Below, one piece after another: positions 37,333 through 50,665 of a stretch of 64,000 nucleotides of DNA. Source of the stretch: Octopus vulgaris (Eukaryota). Position numbers and translations under genes: made by a program. The notes below the pieces were generated by a model. That model saw nothing but the letters and a program-made list of their open reading frames with translations. It was not told where the DNA came from and made no database searches. The DNA lies in the NCBI GenBank assembly GCA_951406725.2, contig OX597819.1, positions 49,414,001-49,478,000 on the forward strand. The letters are read 5' to 3'. Each line of letters opens with the position of its first letter. Within the stretch, counting starts at the first letter, position 1.

Positions 37333-38196
37333 CAGGGTGTGATGGGTAAATTGTCACCATTTCATATTTTTAATTTCATTCATGAGCATTGTTTGTTTTT
37401 GATTTTCTTGACTACACAGTATAGTAGGGTCATTTGAGCACTGTCTGTGAGAAAAACAGCACCATGATACAATTTACTCTGCCAGAAATTTAGAAATAAC
37501 ATGTTATACTGCTTGGTATTCGCACCAGAAGCTCCAATATGAACATTTCAGAGTGTGTTGGGTGTCAATCTGAGTACAGTGCAATCTGAGGACATGTACC
37601 AAGAGTGATAAAAATCAAATATCCAGTCAGCATCATGATGTTTGGAGTGGTCACTAGTGATGGCAATGTTATGCCTCCGTTCATCTTCCCACACGGCCTC
37701 AGACTCAACACAAAGGCCTACATCAAGTGCCTGGAGGCGGTAGTGCTACCCTGGGTCAAGAGGGTGGCTGCTGGAAAACTGTGGGTCTGGCAACAGGACT
37801 CTTTACCATGCCACACAAGCAGGAGAACCCAGTTGTGGCTGTCAGACAATTTCTGTGACCACCTCACCTAACATCCGATCACCTAACTCCCCAGACTGCA
37901 ATCCCCTGATTATTATGTGTAGGGCACAGCTGAGTGAGAGACCAACAAAACTCCTTGTAATACCAAAGATGAACTGAAGGCAAGGATTATGACAGCATTC
38001 ATCAACTTAAACAAGGAGATCATCCAGAAGAGTTGCAGGAGATTCCAAAGTTGTCTGGAGACTGTGGTTGAAGCCAATGGAGATTGTATTGAATAAATTT
38101 ACTCTGTAGTATTTCAAATATATATCTGTTAAATGAGATGTCAGTGTTATTTTCATTTTTGTGTAAATTAGATAACAGTTTATTCACCACACCCTG
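37333..38196 (+). mobile_element. Internally deleted maT-like (DD37D) element
   Basis: TIRs CAGGGTGTGATGGGTAAATTGTCACC with TA TSD; KYPVSIMMFGVVTSDG...WQQDSLPCH...SPDCNP. Confidence 0.9.
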
Positions 38197-39042
38197 TATA
38201 AAAAGCACCATAAATATAATATTAGGATACAATTTTCCATAGTGAGAAACCAAAACATCCAAACGTAGTGAACTAGGGATTGATTTGTTGGAAACTTTTA
38301 ACCAATTACAATATCGTTTACAAATTGAGATATAAAATAATTAAATCACGTATTTTTTTTTCAGATAATGTGTCATGGATCTAGAACTACTTTTTAAGAG
38401 AGATGTTAGGGAGATTTTGGTTGCTATTTCTAGAAAGATGAGTAATTTTCATATAGGTTCACTCTCTGGCTCAGAGACAGCACATGAAAAACAAGCTGCC
38501 ATGTCTAAGAAAAGCAGCATGCACACAAATAAGTTAGTCCAGGCAGAGGATATTAAAGACAAGTCTATGAAAGCCTTATGATAAGAATGATTAGACTTAT
38601 CCATTAATGAGCATTGAATGGGGGGTCGTCATCATCATCATCATCAACATCATCATTATCATTGTCCTCATCATCATCATCGTCATTTAACATCTGTCAT
38701 CCATGTATGCATGGAGTGAATGGTTTGATAGGAGATGGCAAGCCAGAAAAGTGTCCCAGCACTAGGTTCCATTGTCGGATTTGGTATGGTCTCTACAGAA
38801 ATGTATTACTGCAAGATGTATATGCATTTGTTATTGAATGTCACTTGTTTTCATATCGTGTTTGATTGTATTCATGAGTTTCTATATCCATCTGTGTTTA
38901 TTGACAAGAGTGGAAGATTTCTTTGATCACACTCCAAACAATTACAATGATTTGAGGCTGAAAATTTGATTGCACACTAAAAAGATTATAAAAGATATTT
39001 AATCAAGGACTACTAGAATAATATTATTAGCAAAATTTACAT

Positions 39043-39262
39043 TTTAACCCTTTGACATTTAAAGCAATTTATATATGACCAAAATATTCTATTTGTTTTA
39101 TGTTCAAACAGGTCAAATCCAGCCTTTCACACCTACCCTACAATGTTATTCAAAAATTTACTAACATATCATCAAAATCTTGAAGTTACAAGATAATGCA
39201 TGATTAATAAATTTCAATATATAAGCATTGTTTGACCAGGTAATCTAAATGCTAAAGGGGTG
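39043..39262. mobile_element. piggyBac-like MITE
   Basis: TTAACCCTTTGACATTTAAA...AAATGCTAAAGGGG. Confidence 0.7.
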
Positions 39263-39429
39263 ATGTTGATCTTTTTCTATATCTTAAATCAGTCTCTCTT
39301 CCTCTCTTTCTATCTCCCTCTTTCTCTCTCTGTCTGTCTATCTCTCTTTCTCTTATTAGTCATATTAAAAATGCTAAAAGAAACTCAAAAGCAAAAACAA
39401 ATTTCCGTAAAAGATGATTAAGAAACCCT

Positions 39430-39999
39430 AAAGAAATAAACTCATTCATTCCTCCCTTGGACACACGAAGACCTGTTGAGGCAAGCGAAGTCGAAATCGA
39501 ATTCAAAATTGAACCAATCCTATGACTGGCACCTGGCAGTTGCCAGGGCCACTGGATTGACTCCTGTACAGGTGGCAAGTAAAGAAACACCGTTTTGACC
39601 CTGTGCTTGAGGAGATCCATTGAGTCAAGGACACCAACATCAAAAATCAATGGAAACTGCAGTTGTGATCCCTGTGCCAGTGACACATAAAAAGCACCAT
39701 CCGAACGTGGCTGATGCCAGCGCCGCCTTGACTGGCTTCTGTGCTGATGGCACGTAAAAAGCACCAATCTGATCATGGCCATTGCCAGCCTCGCCTGGCA
39801 CCTGTGCTGGTGGCACGTAAAAAGCACCCACTACACTCATGGAGTGGTTGGCGTTAGGAAGGGCATCCAGCTGTAGAAACACTGCCAGATCAGACTGGAG
39901 CCTGGTGCAGCCTTCTGGCTTCCCAGATCCCCGGTCGAACCGTCCAACCCATGCTAGCATGGAGAATGGACATTAAATGATGATGATGATGATGATGAT
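39430..39999 (+). mobile_element. RTE-like 3' segments plus SINE family B tandem array
   Basis: TGGCACGTAAAAAGCACC units, GGACATTAAATGATGAT tail. Confidence 0.8.
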
Positions 40000-41229
40000 T
40001 TTGTGTGTTTGCACACACATTTACACATACATGTGTGTGTACATGTAAACACTGTCTATCACTCTAGTAGAAATATGATCTATCCTTTATGTTCAACTTC
40101 CAACTGTACCAATCAAATATTAACTCCTGTCCCGATTGCAAAACATGAGAAGGTGCTTAATAGCAAAAAAGACAAGTGTAAACTTTAATCAGAACTTGTC
40201 ATGTTAAGCGGTTACTGAAATATTTGTTATCAATATATATAATTTAAAATGTATTGGGGTGCTCATCTAGAAACAACCAGAGCATAGCAACAATTGCACA
40301 TGAATATCCACAGGTTAAGTTTAAAACAGATAGATATGCAGCCCCTAATTTTAACCTTGGCTGACTCCCTGCTGCTGCTGTTGGAAGTATAATTGGACAA
40401 GACAGATATAACAATATCATTCATGATGCACTCATAAATCATGCATAATCTAGTTTATTTATTAATTTCTTTATTTATTTATTGCATTTATTTCAGTAGT
40501 TTGCAAGCTGTGGCAACTGTTCATAAAAGCTCTCTCTTATCACCCATCCTCAATAACCACTACCTTGATTAAATGATGAAGTTTTTTTTCCTCTCCACTC
40601 CACCTCCCCGCCATCCACTCACCATTTATTGTTACCTGTCATCTGATCAGCTTTCTGGTATCAAATGTATTTAGTCATCAAAACAATTATGGTGGAACCA
40701 ACCTGTTATAAAGCATGTGTGCACAAGTGTGTGTATGTGTGCATTTGTACGAGTGTTATTTTTGTTTTTATTCTCGAAATATCTCTTTTACAAGCACTAA
40801 TCACTAAGAAAGAAATAATCCTCATTGGAATTTAAATAACAATGACTGTTGCTGCATTCTGAACCTGAACAAAGTTCTGGATATTGTTATTTATACATGA
40901 AAATTACATGCTCTGTTGTACTACAGAGGATGTCAATAGATTTCAGCCAACATTGTATATCATGGTTATTAGCTAACATTGTATATCATGGTCATAGCTG
41001 GTACAACAGCTCAGTTAGGACTGGCCTAGAGCTTAACAACAAAAACAATAACATCCTATAACTTTTTTATTGCATACAAAGAGGCAACTCACCAACATCC
41101 TTCAGTTCTCACATTACATACAATACAGAAAATGGTAGAAAATATTTAAAAACTAAAAAGGGAAAAGTTGGAGTGTTCGTCAGTATATAATAGCTTAGCG
41201 TGAACCAACAAGATAGTCATTAACACAAT

Positions 41230-41500
41230 TCTATAGTTCTGAGATGAGGAATTTATATTATGTATACTATTTACACTAGTCAGATGGGTATCCTCATCTT
41301 GAACATTGCTTTCACTATATTTTGGCTGTTGTATGTTCCAGCCTTCTTCAGATGTCTTGTGTCAAACTCAGTTGTTCAAAATCTGATACAACAACTGAGT
41401 TTGACACAAGACACCTGAAGAAGGCTGGAACATACAACAGCCAAAATGTAATGAAAGCAACAATCAAGACAAGGACACCACTCTGAATGTCATGTAAATA
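41230..41500. mobile_element. Foldback pair of Penelope-like pseudo-LTRs with two hammerhead motifs
   Basis: Arms ~41268-41376 and 41390-41500, 13 nt spacer; CTGAAGA-A-GGCTG-N10-CAGCC-AAAA on both strands. Confidence 0.75.
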
Positions 41501-41964
41501 GTATTAATAAGACAGTCTCTATCTGGCTGCTTTCCCAGCAAACAGGCAAAGGCAAGTAATAGCGATTAAATTTCTCTCCACCCACCTCAAATCACAAATC
41601 TAACTATTTTAAAGAAAGGAAGAAGTCATTGGATAATGCAGTCCCACATAACCCCCCAAAAGGTAGGATGTTCATGGATAGATTGCCTTTAATTGTAGGT
41701 CTGTTCAATCAAGACTGACTTTCAAGCTTAAACATCATCAATTAATTTAAGTGAATGAAATGATAATTTTGATTTTACAGATGAAATTTAATCCAGTTAA
41801 CTGTGAATTGTTCAATGATATGAGAGAAGCTGTCGATAAAATTTAAAATAACATATATCTGGGTTTAATCAACATGACTTGTCATTTCCAAGCTGAAATT
41901 AGCTGGGAAAAAAAATCCAAATTCAAAACAGAAAACTGCAACATATATCATCAGAGACAGACTC

Positions 41965-42355
41965 TATATTTCTCTGTTTTAATATATCATTATCCTTGCA
42001 CATGTTCAGTCCAATGCCAGACAAAGGCCTCAGTATGTTCTCACCACCAATCATGGTCTGATGTTTTCCTCATCCATATTTGGATGCCAAAGAATTCAAC
42101 AAAGTCTTCATTCCAACTTCTGCATAGTCTTCCCCTCTATTTTTCTGAACATGGTGTCCACTCTGTCAATTTTCTATTCCAGCTATCATCCTTTCTTCTA
42201 AAGACATGTCCTGTGAAGGAACATTACAAAGTTTTTATTTTCCAGATAATATCCATTAAATCTGTTGCCACTCATATTCTGTTGTGTCTCCGCTTATCCA
42301 TTTTGTTAATCTTCAGTATTTTCCTTTCCATGGCTCTTTGAGTTGATCTTTCTTC
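41965..42355 (-). mobile_element. RTE-like LINE ORF 3' fragment
   Basis: Minus strand KNREGRLCRSWNEDFVEFFGIQIWMRKTSDHDWW resembles the RTE C-terminus. Confidence 0.5.
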
Positions 42356-42359
42356 AGTA

Positions 42360-42532
42360 GGTGCAGGAGTGGCTGTGTGGTAAGTAGCTTGCTTACCAAC
42401 CCACATGGTACCGGGTTCAGTCCCACTGCGTGGCACCTTGGGCAAGTGTCTTCTATTATAGCCTCGGGTTGACCAAAGACTTGTGAGTGGATTTGGTAGA
42501 CATAAACTGAAAGAAGCCGTCATATATACATG

Positions 42533-42583
<51 letters not shown>

Positions 42584-42795
42584 ATGTTGTGTGTCTATGT
42601 TTGTCCCCCCAACATCACTTGACAACCGATGCTGGTGTGTTTACATCCCCATAACTTAGCGGTTCGGCAAAAAGAGACAGATAGAATAAGTACTAGGCTT
42701 ACAAAGAATAAGTCCTGGGGTCAATTTTCTCGACTAAAGGTGGTGCTCCAGCAAGGCCGCAGTCAAATGACTGAAACAAGTAAAAGAGTAAAAAA
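42360..42795 (+). mobile_element. SINE family A
   Basis: Family A head and tail. Confidence 0.92.
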
Positions 42796-43058
42796 ATGCT
42801 TTTGTTGGTAGTCCATGTTCTGATGACTACTTAATGGTAGGCAACACACACTAGTTAATTGAAGATTTTTTTTTTGAGACATATAGGCATAGTGTATAAG
42901 ATGTACTTATTGTATCAGTACTTTACAAAGATTTTATTTCTAACAAAGACACAAGGCCAAAAATTTAACTCTTACATCATACATTGCCTTCATTTCAACT
43001 TATTTTTAAAATAACAAAGAGTTTAGTAAAATAATTGTTATTATTCAGTAGTAAAGGG

Positions 43059-43564
43059 GAATGGTTCAATGGTTAGAATGTAAATTTCACAATCATGAAG
43101 TAGTGAGTTCGATTCCTGGACTAGGCTGTGTACTGTGTTCTTGAGCAAGAAACTTTATTTTATATTGCGCCAGTTCACTCAGCTGTTGAAATGAGTTGCG
43201 ACATCACTGGTGCCAAGCTGTATCTGCCTTTGCCTTTCCCTTGGTTAATATCAGTGGTGTGGAGAGGGGAGGCTGGTATGCATGGGTGACTGCTGAAAGT
43301 TCCCCTCCAAAGCACAAGTTCAACCAAAGTTGTTTGTGGAAGACCAGCAGTCGCCCATGTATACCAGTCTCCATTTGCCACACCACTGATGTTATCCAAG
43401 GGAAAGGCAGATATGTCACAACTCATTTCTACAGCTGAGTGAACTGGAGCAACATGAAATAAAGTGTCTTACTCAAAAACACAACACATAGCTTGGTTCA
43501 GGAATGGAACTCATGACCTCATGATTGTAAGTCCAACGCTCTAACCACTGAGTCAAGCAGCTTC
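43059..43564. mobile_element. Tail-to-tail pair of family C SINEs forming a ~500 bp palindrome
   Basis: Plus copy ~43059-43320 (GAGTTCGATTCC B-box) and minus copy ~43320-43564. Confidence 0.85.
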
Positions 43565-45324
43565 ACTATACAATGATTCCCTCCTTATTTATATAAGAAA
43601 GGTTGTTATTCAAAGAAGACTATCATTTCTATTAAACCAAGTGAACATAAAGTTTCTTTTAGCCATTATGCTATTTATTGCCTTCTTCATTTGTATTTGG
43701 TCCAAAAGACAATAAAATACTTATAAAAGCACAAAAGATCACAATTCTTCAGCCAAGCAATCAACATTTTATCCACTCATCTCTTGCACTTTTTTACAAT
43801 TAATACCAAATACCCAGGCAAAAGAAAACTACTGAAAGACTAATAAATGGCCCGAATATTTAAAGTAGACTTCTCAATTGATGTATTTAGTGAAGTAGAC
43901 CCTGTTTAATATGTCAAGATTATAGATCACAACTCTAACTGTTCAAGTTGTGAGAATAAGTAAGATATGATGTGACAGTAACATCTAAACTAATCAACAA
44001 TTTTTGGTCTGAACGATATGTGGTTTATATGCAAATTAAAAATATTTTTGTGCCTAGTTCATTATCTGTGCATATATTAAACAGCACCATATCTGATGAT
44101 ATATAAGACACTTAAATTCTTTTTATAAATATATGTCTCTAAAAGTTACCTTGGATCTTGTGTGCAAAGTTGGACCTCTCATAAACTTTAATGCACTAAA
44201 ATTTTTTTTTGTGAATACATACTGCTAAAACCAGCCATAACAATTTCATCTATTTTCCCAGGCATAGTCTATCTTTAACTACATGTGCTCCACCATTTTT
44301 TTTTTAAGACAGTAAAGTGTTATTTTTTCTTTGAAGACTTCGTTACTATTTCTGGCAGGTTGACTGACTGCACAGAATTGGCTTGATGAGAAGTGTATTT
44401 CCCTTTGAGGTAATCATTATAATAAAGACTGCCCTAGTTTGGTGCTTGATTCATGGGAGAGAGAAGTTTAGGAAAGAGCAAAAGAAACTGAATGGAAACA
44501 GTATAATAGTTTTAGGTCATGTCAGAATAACTTAAACTAGGAAAATATAAATCTACTCAATATGCATAACTCATTGCCTCATTCTGTCACACTTCCTGTA
44601 ATATTATATTAAATACAGATGCATTTAACATGTTGTATTATACTACTACCCTTCACACTACATCCTTATGAAATTTCCTCCTTATGACCCCTTCTCACAA
44701 GTTACCAGCAACTGTTGCAATTAAACATTTAACACACTAATTTTATGCAAACATCCATGTTCTTCAGTTTAGATGGATGTCAAATAAGTCGGGTTTACCC
44801 CACACAGACTGGGAGTGTGAAACTGCATTTCAGGAAGTGCAGTAAAAAGAGGAAAGCATGTGTTTTATTAAAATCACTTTTCAGAATAAAATTAACTAAC
44901 TCTTAAAAAGAACTTTATTCTATGAAGACACCAAGCATTTTATTATTCTTACAATTATGAATGTGATTCAATTAAGAAAATAAATTAGATATTAGGAAAT
45001 TGAATTTTTCTTACTCAGATGTGATATCTTGGAGAACGCAGATGAGCTGGCATGAGACCACCAAAGATGGAGTGCACTGGTGGACCTGGTCAACTCTACA
45101 CATGACGATGTCTCTGGGACCACTAACTTGGAATGACCCCCAGCCCCATCAAGCAAGAGCATGAAGTCAAGCCAAACCAAGCTAAGATGTGATATTACTT
45201 TTCTAGAGTGGTGCAAAATTTAATCAAACATTTCTTAGGGTTATGATGGGCATAGGAATGATCAGGAACAAATTTTTTCGCTTCCTCATTTAGTTAACAG
45301 AAATATATTTATCATATTTATCAT

Positions 45325-45748
45325 AAGCATAGGAGTGGGTGTGTGGTAAGTAGCTTACTTACAAACCACATGGTTCCGGGTTCAGTCCCACTGTGTGGCA
45401 CCTTGGGCAATTGTCTTCTACTATACCCTTGGGCCGACCAAAGCCTTGTGAGTGGATTTGGTAGATGGAAACTGAAAGATGCCCATCTTATATATGTATG
45501 TGTGTGTGTGTATGTGTGTGTGTGTGTGTGTGTATGTTTGTGTGTCTGTGTTTGTCCCCCCAACATCACTTGACAACCAATGCTGGTGTGTTTACGTCCC
45601 CTTAACTTAGCAGTTCAGCAAAAGAGACTGATAGAATAAGTACTAGGCTTACAAAGAATAAGTCCTGGGGTCGATTTGCTTGACTAAAAGGTGCCGCTCC
45701 AGCATGGCCACAGTCAAATGACTGAAACAAGTAAAAGAGTAAAAGAGT
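45325..45748 (+). mobile_element. SINE family A
   Basis: Family A head and tail. Confidence 0.92.
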
Positions 45749-46487
45749 ATAGTAAAAAACTGCTATTGGCTACAACATATTTAGTTAGGATCTCATTATT
45801 TCTACCAAAATTCATCATATTTGATGGCATAAAAGAGGGAGGTTGGACACAACAGAAGTGTGAAAAGAGGAGAGGTAAGTAGGACAGGAATACCTAAGGG
45901 AAGGTGATATAAGTCCAGCTAGCTCCAAGGAACAAAAGCCATAATATTATAGAGTGGTGTTGAAGGCAAGGAGAAAAGACAGTATACATGTGGGCTGGAA
46001 GTTGCTGCATGTCTGTGAGTCACTTTATGCCAATCAATAGGGAGAGAGTTTGAGGGCTCTCGCTGAGTGTTGCTCATGATTAAGGTGAATGTCATGTAAT
46101 TTTTTTTTTTTTTTTATGAGTAGCATCTGCATTTTCTTGCTGTTGACAGAGGTATAATAATTGGAGAATATCAGAGAAGAATGAATGGTAATGGTATCTG
46201 CATAAGAAGTGGATATTATTGGATGTTGTAGCAAATAAGTAAAGACAATTACAAATTACATTAAGATAGCTTAATAAGGTTTTAAAAATAAAATCAGACA
46301 TTTGCCTTTTTTTTTCTTTGATGCAGCCTTGAATTGAAGCAAAGTATGTTGTAAGTTTACCTTTCCATGTAAAGCTTTACCATTTCTACAAGTATTATTC
46401 TGGGAACTATGATGGACTCACCTGTTGAGGACAATATTTGAGTGTTCAGCTTTTGCCAAATGACCTACACAAATGATATGCTTATAG

Positions 46488-47009
46488 CAGGGATCACCAA
46501 AGGGGGTCTGAGGAAGCTCCTAAGGAATTAAAGAGGGTCAATGATAGCTAAAGTGTCAAATGGAGGTCGGCATGTGAAAGACCAGCTCACCCAGATGAAC
46601 TATTTGAAACACTTAGTCAGTGCCATGCTCATCCCTCATATTAATGTCAATTTCAATAAAAGATATTCTAGCGAAATGATGTGCTTTTTACATTTTATAT
46701 TCGTGAAAACAATTTCATAAAAATTATAAGTTTAATGCTGTATACTCGTACACATAGTTTTAAATGTAAAAAGTGTGTCATCTTCAATAGACTTACTTAA
46801 TTTGTTGTACATGTATATTTAAGCTAACATTTTAATTGCCAGCATCAGTACCCAGGATGTATTTAAGATATGGTATGGTAGGGCAGGGTATTAAGATATT
46901 TTAAACAAGGAGGTTGGTCGATGCAGAAGGAGAAAGTGCTAAAGGGGGTCGATGCAGAAAGAGAAATGGCTAAAGGGGGTTGATAGTTGAAAAAGTTTGG
47001 TGACCCCTG
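46488..47009. mobile_element. hAT MITE with perfect 8 bp TSD, inserted in a family C SINE (~46400-47232)
   Basis: CAGGGATCACCAAA...TTTGGTGACCCCTG; TSD GCTTATAG on both sides. Confidence 0.9.
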
Positions 47010-48718
47010 GCTTATAGTGATCAAATGTATGTGCTGTACATTAAGTTCAACCCTTCCATCAAATCAACATTACCTGAACAAGTGCCACACACCAGGTGTT
47101 GAACTGATCACTGAGCAATGTGAGTTGAAGTGTTTTGCTTAGGAACACAAGGTACCACCCAGTCTAAGAATTGAAACCACAATCCGACAATCATGAGTGC
47201 AACACCCTAACCACTAGGCCATGCATCTTCACTATTTAAGAACTATAATTATACGAACAAGATATTGATAGATATGTAGCTAAATAGTTGAATGATTTCC
47301 CTTGCAAGAAAGATCATAGAGTAACCTTCCTTTTCTAAGTTTCTCAAAGCATCTATGTCATGAAGCATAATTCTTAATTATTCAAGAAGCTTAGTGTTTC
47401 TCTTGGAAGTTTCTAGAATGTCTAGCATTCCATTAATAAAAACAGCTTGCTAACCCAGCTCTTCACTTCTTAGTTGATTAGACTTAGAGCCATTCACACC
47501 ATTGCTATGTCCATCTATTTCTCTACAACACATGACTGAAAACCACCACTTTGCTGTTATTTCTAAATTTTCTATCCCTGAACTGTCTTGCATAGATTAC
47601 TTCATTCAACTAGATTCTACATTTTGATTCCATGTATCATCATTGATAAAAGAAATAAAATATATTTTTATGTAATAAATATATAGATTTTGAGTTTAAT
47701 CTTTCATCTTTTTATAAACTATTGTTATAACATACACACAGCCACATCAATACCTTCTACTGACTATATATTTCTGCTACAGATATATCTAACATAGAAC
47801 TGTTGTCATCACCAACATGAGTCTATCCAAGTAACTGTTTTTATGCAACTATTAACAAAATGCTTAATCCTGCTATATAAAACTTTTATATACATGCACA
47901 CATGAACAAGTACACACACACACACACACACGTGCATACACACGTGCTCACATATGCTGTGTTGATGCCACATAAAAACATTACTGTTGGTGCCACATCA
48001 AAAGCATTGGTACTGGTGCCATGTTAACAGCACTGGTACTGATGCCATTTAAAAAGTACCCAGTACACCCTAACTCTGTAAAGAGTGGTTGGTGTTAGTA
48101 AGGGCATCCAGTGGTAGAAACCTTGCCAGAACAGGCCATGGTGTGGCCTCGCTGGCTTTACCAGTTTCTTTCAAACACTCTAACCCATGCCAACATGGAA
48201 AACAGACGTTAAATGAAGACAATGGTGATAATATACAATCTTGTTTTAGAATACTCATGTTTCAATTTCACATTACCACCAGGCCCTTGGTTTTTTTTTT
48301 TTATTGCATATAAAAGAATCAGCTACATATAAGTATTCTCAAAACAAGACAAATTTCTTTGAATTTTTTCTAAATCGTCCATTTGTATCTTTACCAAGGT
48401 GAAATCTTTGAAAATGTTTATTCCTTTGCTAACAGTGTGAACTGACAGGACAGTTTGATGGTTATTCTGATACAAGAGCTGGCAAAATGCTGTTTACTTT
48501 GAAGAAATTCCATGTACTGCTTCCTATTTTGATTAACTTTAGTTTATCTTCCCCAACTAGAAAGCATGCTTGCAGTGTTTGCATAGGTATTGTCTGCTCT
48601 GTGTTAAGTGAAATTTACTCTGTAAATATCAAAGATATAAATTCCAACAGGCAGTACTGTAATTAGATAAGTCTGCCTTGTAAAGCTAGCAGAAAGCCCT
48701 TCCTCTGTCTGCCCTGTC

Positions 48719-48792
<74 letters not shown>

Positions 48793-48882
48793 AAAGGCAG
48801 ACAGGCAAAAATCTTTGTTGGCCACCTGCAACACACTACAAAAAATAGAGTTTAATGTAACTTAAATACACTGGAGAGGCAC

Positions 48883-49294
48883 TAACCCTTATGCCTGTGA
48901 TTTTTGTGATAAAAACTTTCATGTTAATTTATGTTAATTAATGTTAATTTATGTTCTAAACTGCAGCTTAATAACGTCAATGTTATTTTATCAAATTCCT
49001 CATTATTTTCAAAACCAACTGAAACAAAAGCAGTATATTTCAAAGAAAATACAGCAAGAAACAGGGTTAATCCTTTAGCCCTTAAACTGGCCATATCTGG
49101 CCCAAATAGTCTACCTGTTTTACTTCCAAATCAGCCAGATCTGGCCTCTCATACTGGTCCTACAATGTCATTCTAGGAATAAACAATCACATTATCGAAA
49201 TCTCAAAGCTACAAGATAATGCATGATTAACTAAAAACAATGTGAATAAATAAGCATTACACTTGACAAAGTAATCTGAATGTTGAAGGATTAA
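48883..49294. mobile_element. Two abutting piggyBac-like MITEs sharing a TTAA
   Basis: CTAACCCTT...AGGGTTAA then TTAATCCTTTAG...TGTTGAAGGATTAA. Confidence 0.65.
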
Positions 49295-49751
49295 ATAGAC
49301 TTTTTTTAACAATGATGTTGGAATGATTGAAGGCAAAAAAAAGAAAAGAAAAAGAACAGAGTTTTTTAGTTTGTTGTTCTTTTTTCCTTTTTTCTGATGA
49401 TGTAGAGGAGGAAAGGCAGTGCACATAATGAATTTCAAGACCTCCAAGACTGAGGAGGTGAGAAGGCTTTTCTCAGAAGAGAAAGAGAAAAAACTTTTCT
49501 CAAACAAAAGACCTCCTCTACTCCACTATACACACCCAAGGACCATGTAGTTACATTAACCCTTTTGATAACAACCCACCTGAAGCTGCTCATACTTCTA
49601 TAGCACAAACATTGTTCTGAAGTTATTTAAATTTAAACATCTCCACAAAACTTCATGTTAATTTATGTTCTAAATACCAGCTTAATAATAAAAAAGTTAT
49701 TCTACTAAATTCATCATTATTTTAAAAATTAATTGAAATGAAAGCAGTGGA

Positions 49752-50420
49752 CAAGGTGCATTCCAGAAATTTATTAATTTCAAAGAAATACATAACTCTA
49801 ATCCTCTTTAAAGTAGTATCCTCTAACTTCAATGCACTTCTTCTAGCATTCCAACCATTTTGTCATAGCCCCATGAAAGTCCTCTAAAGGGTAGATATCC
49901 AGGACCCTTCATCTCTTTCAGCTTGGGGAACAACCAAAAATTTACAGAGAGCAAGCTCTGTACAGTAGTGATGGTGAGGAGAAGTTTTGATGCTCATCTC
50001 TTGCAAGTAGTTGGCTACTAGGATGGATTTGTGGACTGTGCATTGGCCTGGTGCTGGTGCTCTCACCTTTTGCAATGAAATCTCTTCCTGAACTCCTTCA
50101 AAACCTCCACAAAGAACTCTTTGTTTACCATTTGGCCAGAGGGAACCCAGTGGATATAGATAATGCCTTTACTGTTGAAAAAGGGAATCATCATAAGCTT
50201 CCCAGTGAGTTTCCTTTGCCTGGCCTCTTGTGCTACCAAAAAACAGATGCTCAGCTCATACAAGTTAATCCATTAGCAGTCTTGACCCTTTCATAAGTTC
50301 TTGTAGTATTTTTTCCCAGTCAAACACAAAACTTTATTGCATAGTGAGCTTCCAAATTGTCTTCTCATCCTGACTACATTCTTCAAACTAGTCAACTGTG
50401 ACAAGCAGTGTTTAGTAGAA
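49752..50420 (-). mobile_element. Deleted mariner (DD34D) element
   Basis: KLMMIPFFNSKGIIYIHWVPSGQMVNKEFFVEVLKEFRKRF. Confidence 0.8.
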
Positions 50421-50665
50421 TGTGTTCAAAAGTGCTATTACAGCTGTCTCCTTCAATCTAGAATAACAAAAGCTGGCAGTTCAACCCATTAGATATGTTA
50501 TTGGTAACACCTAGAAGAGAATGGAGCTTTGGCTAGAAGGACCTGATGCCATTTGAAGGTATCCAATGATCGTTGAATGTTTAAACCCTGAACTATAACA
50601 CCTTCCCACTGGTGAGTCAGCAGAGGTGGCCAAATCACTGCTCATCATCTCCTCCTGGCTTCCAG

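Noticed and set aside
41874-42341. 155 aa plus-strand ORF
   Set aside because: Antisense to an RTE-like fragment; no domain
45005-45125. Acceptor-like CAG followed by a short open frame
   Set aside because: Reads like an RTE LINE C-terminus (LA*DHQRWSALV) with a stop; no supported exon
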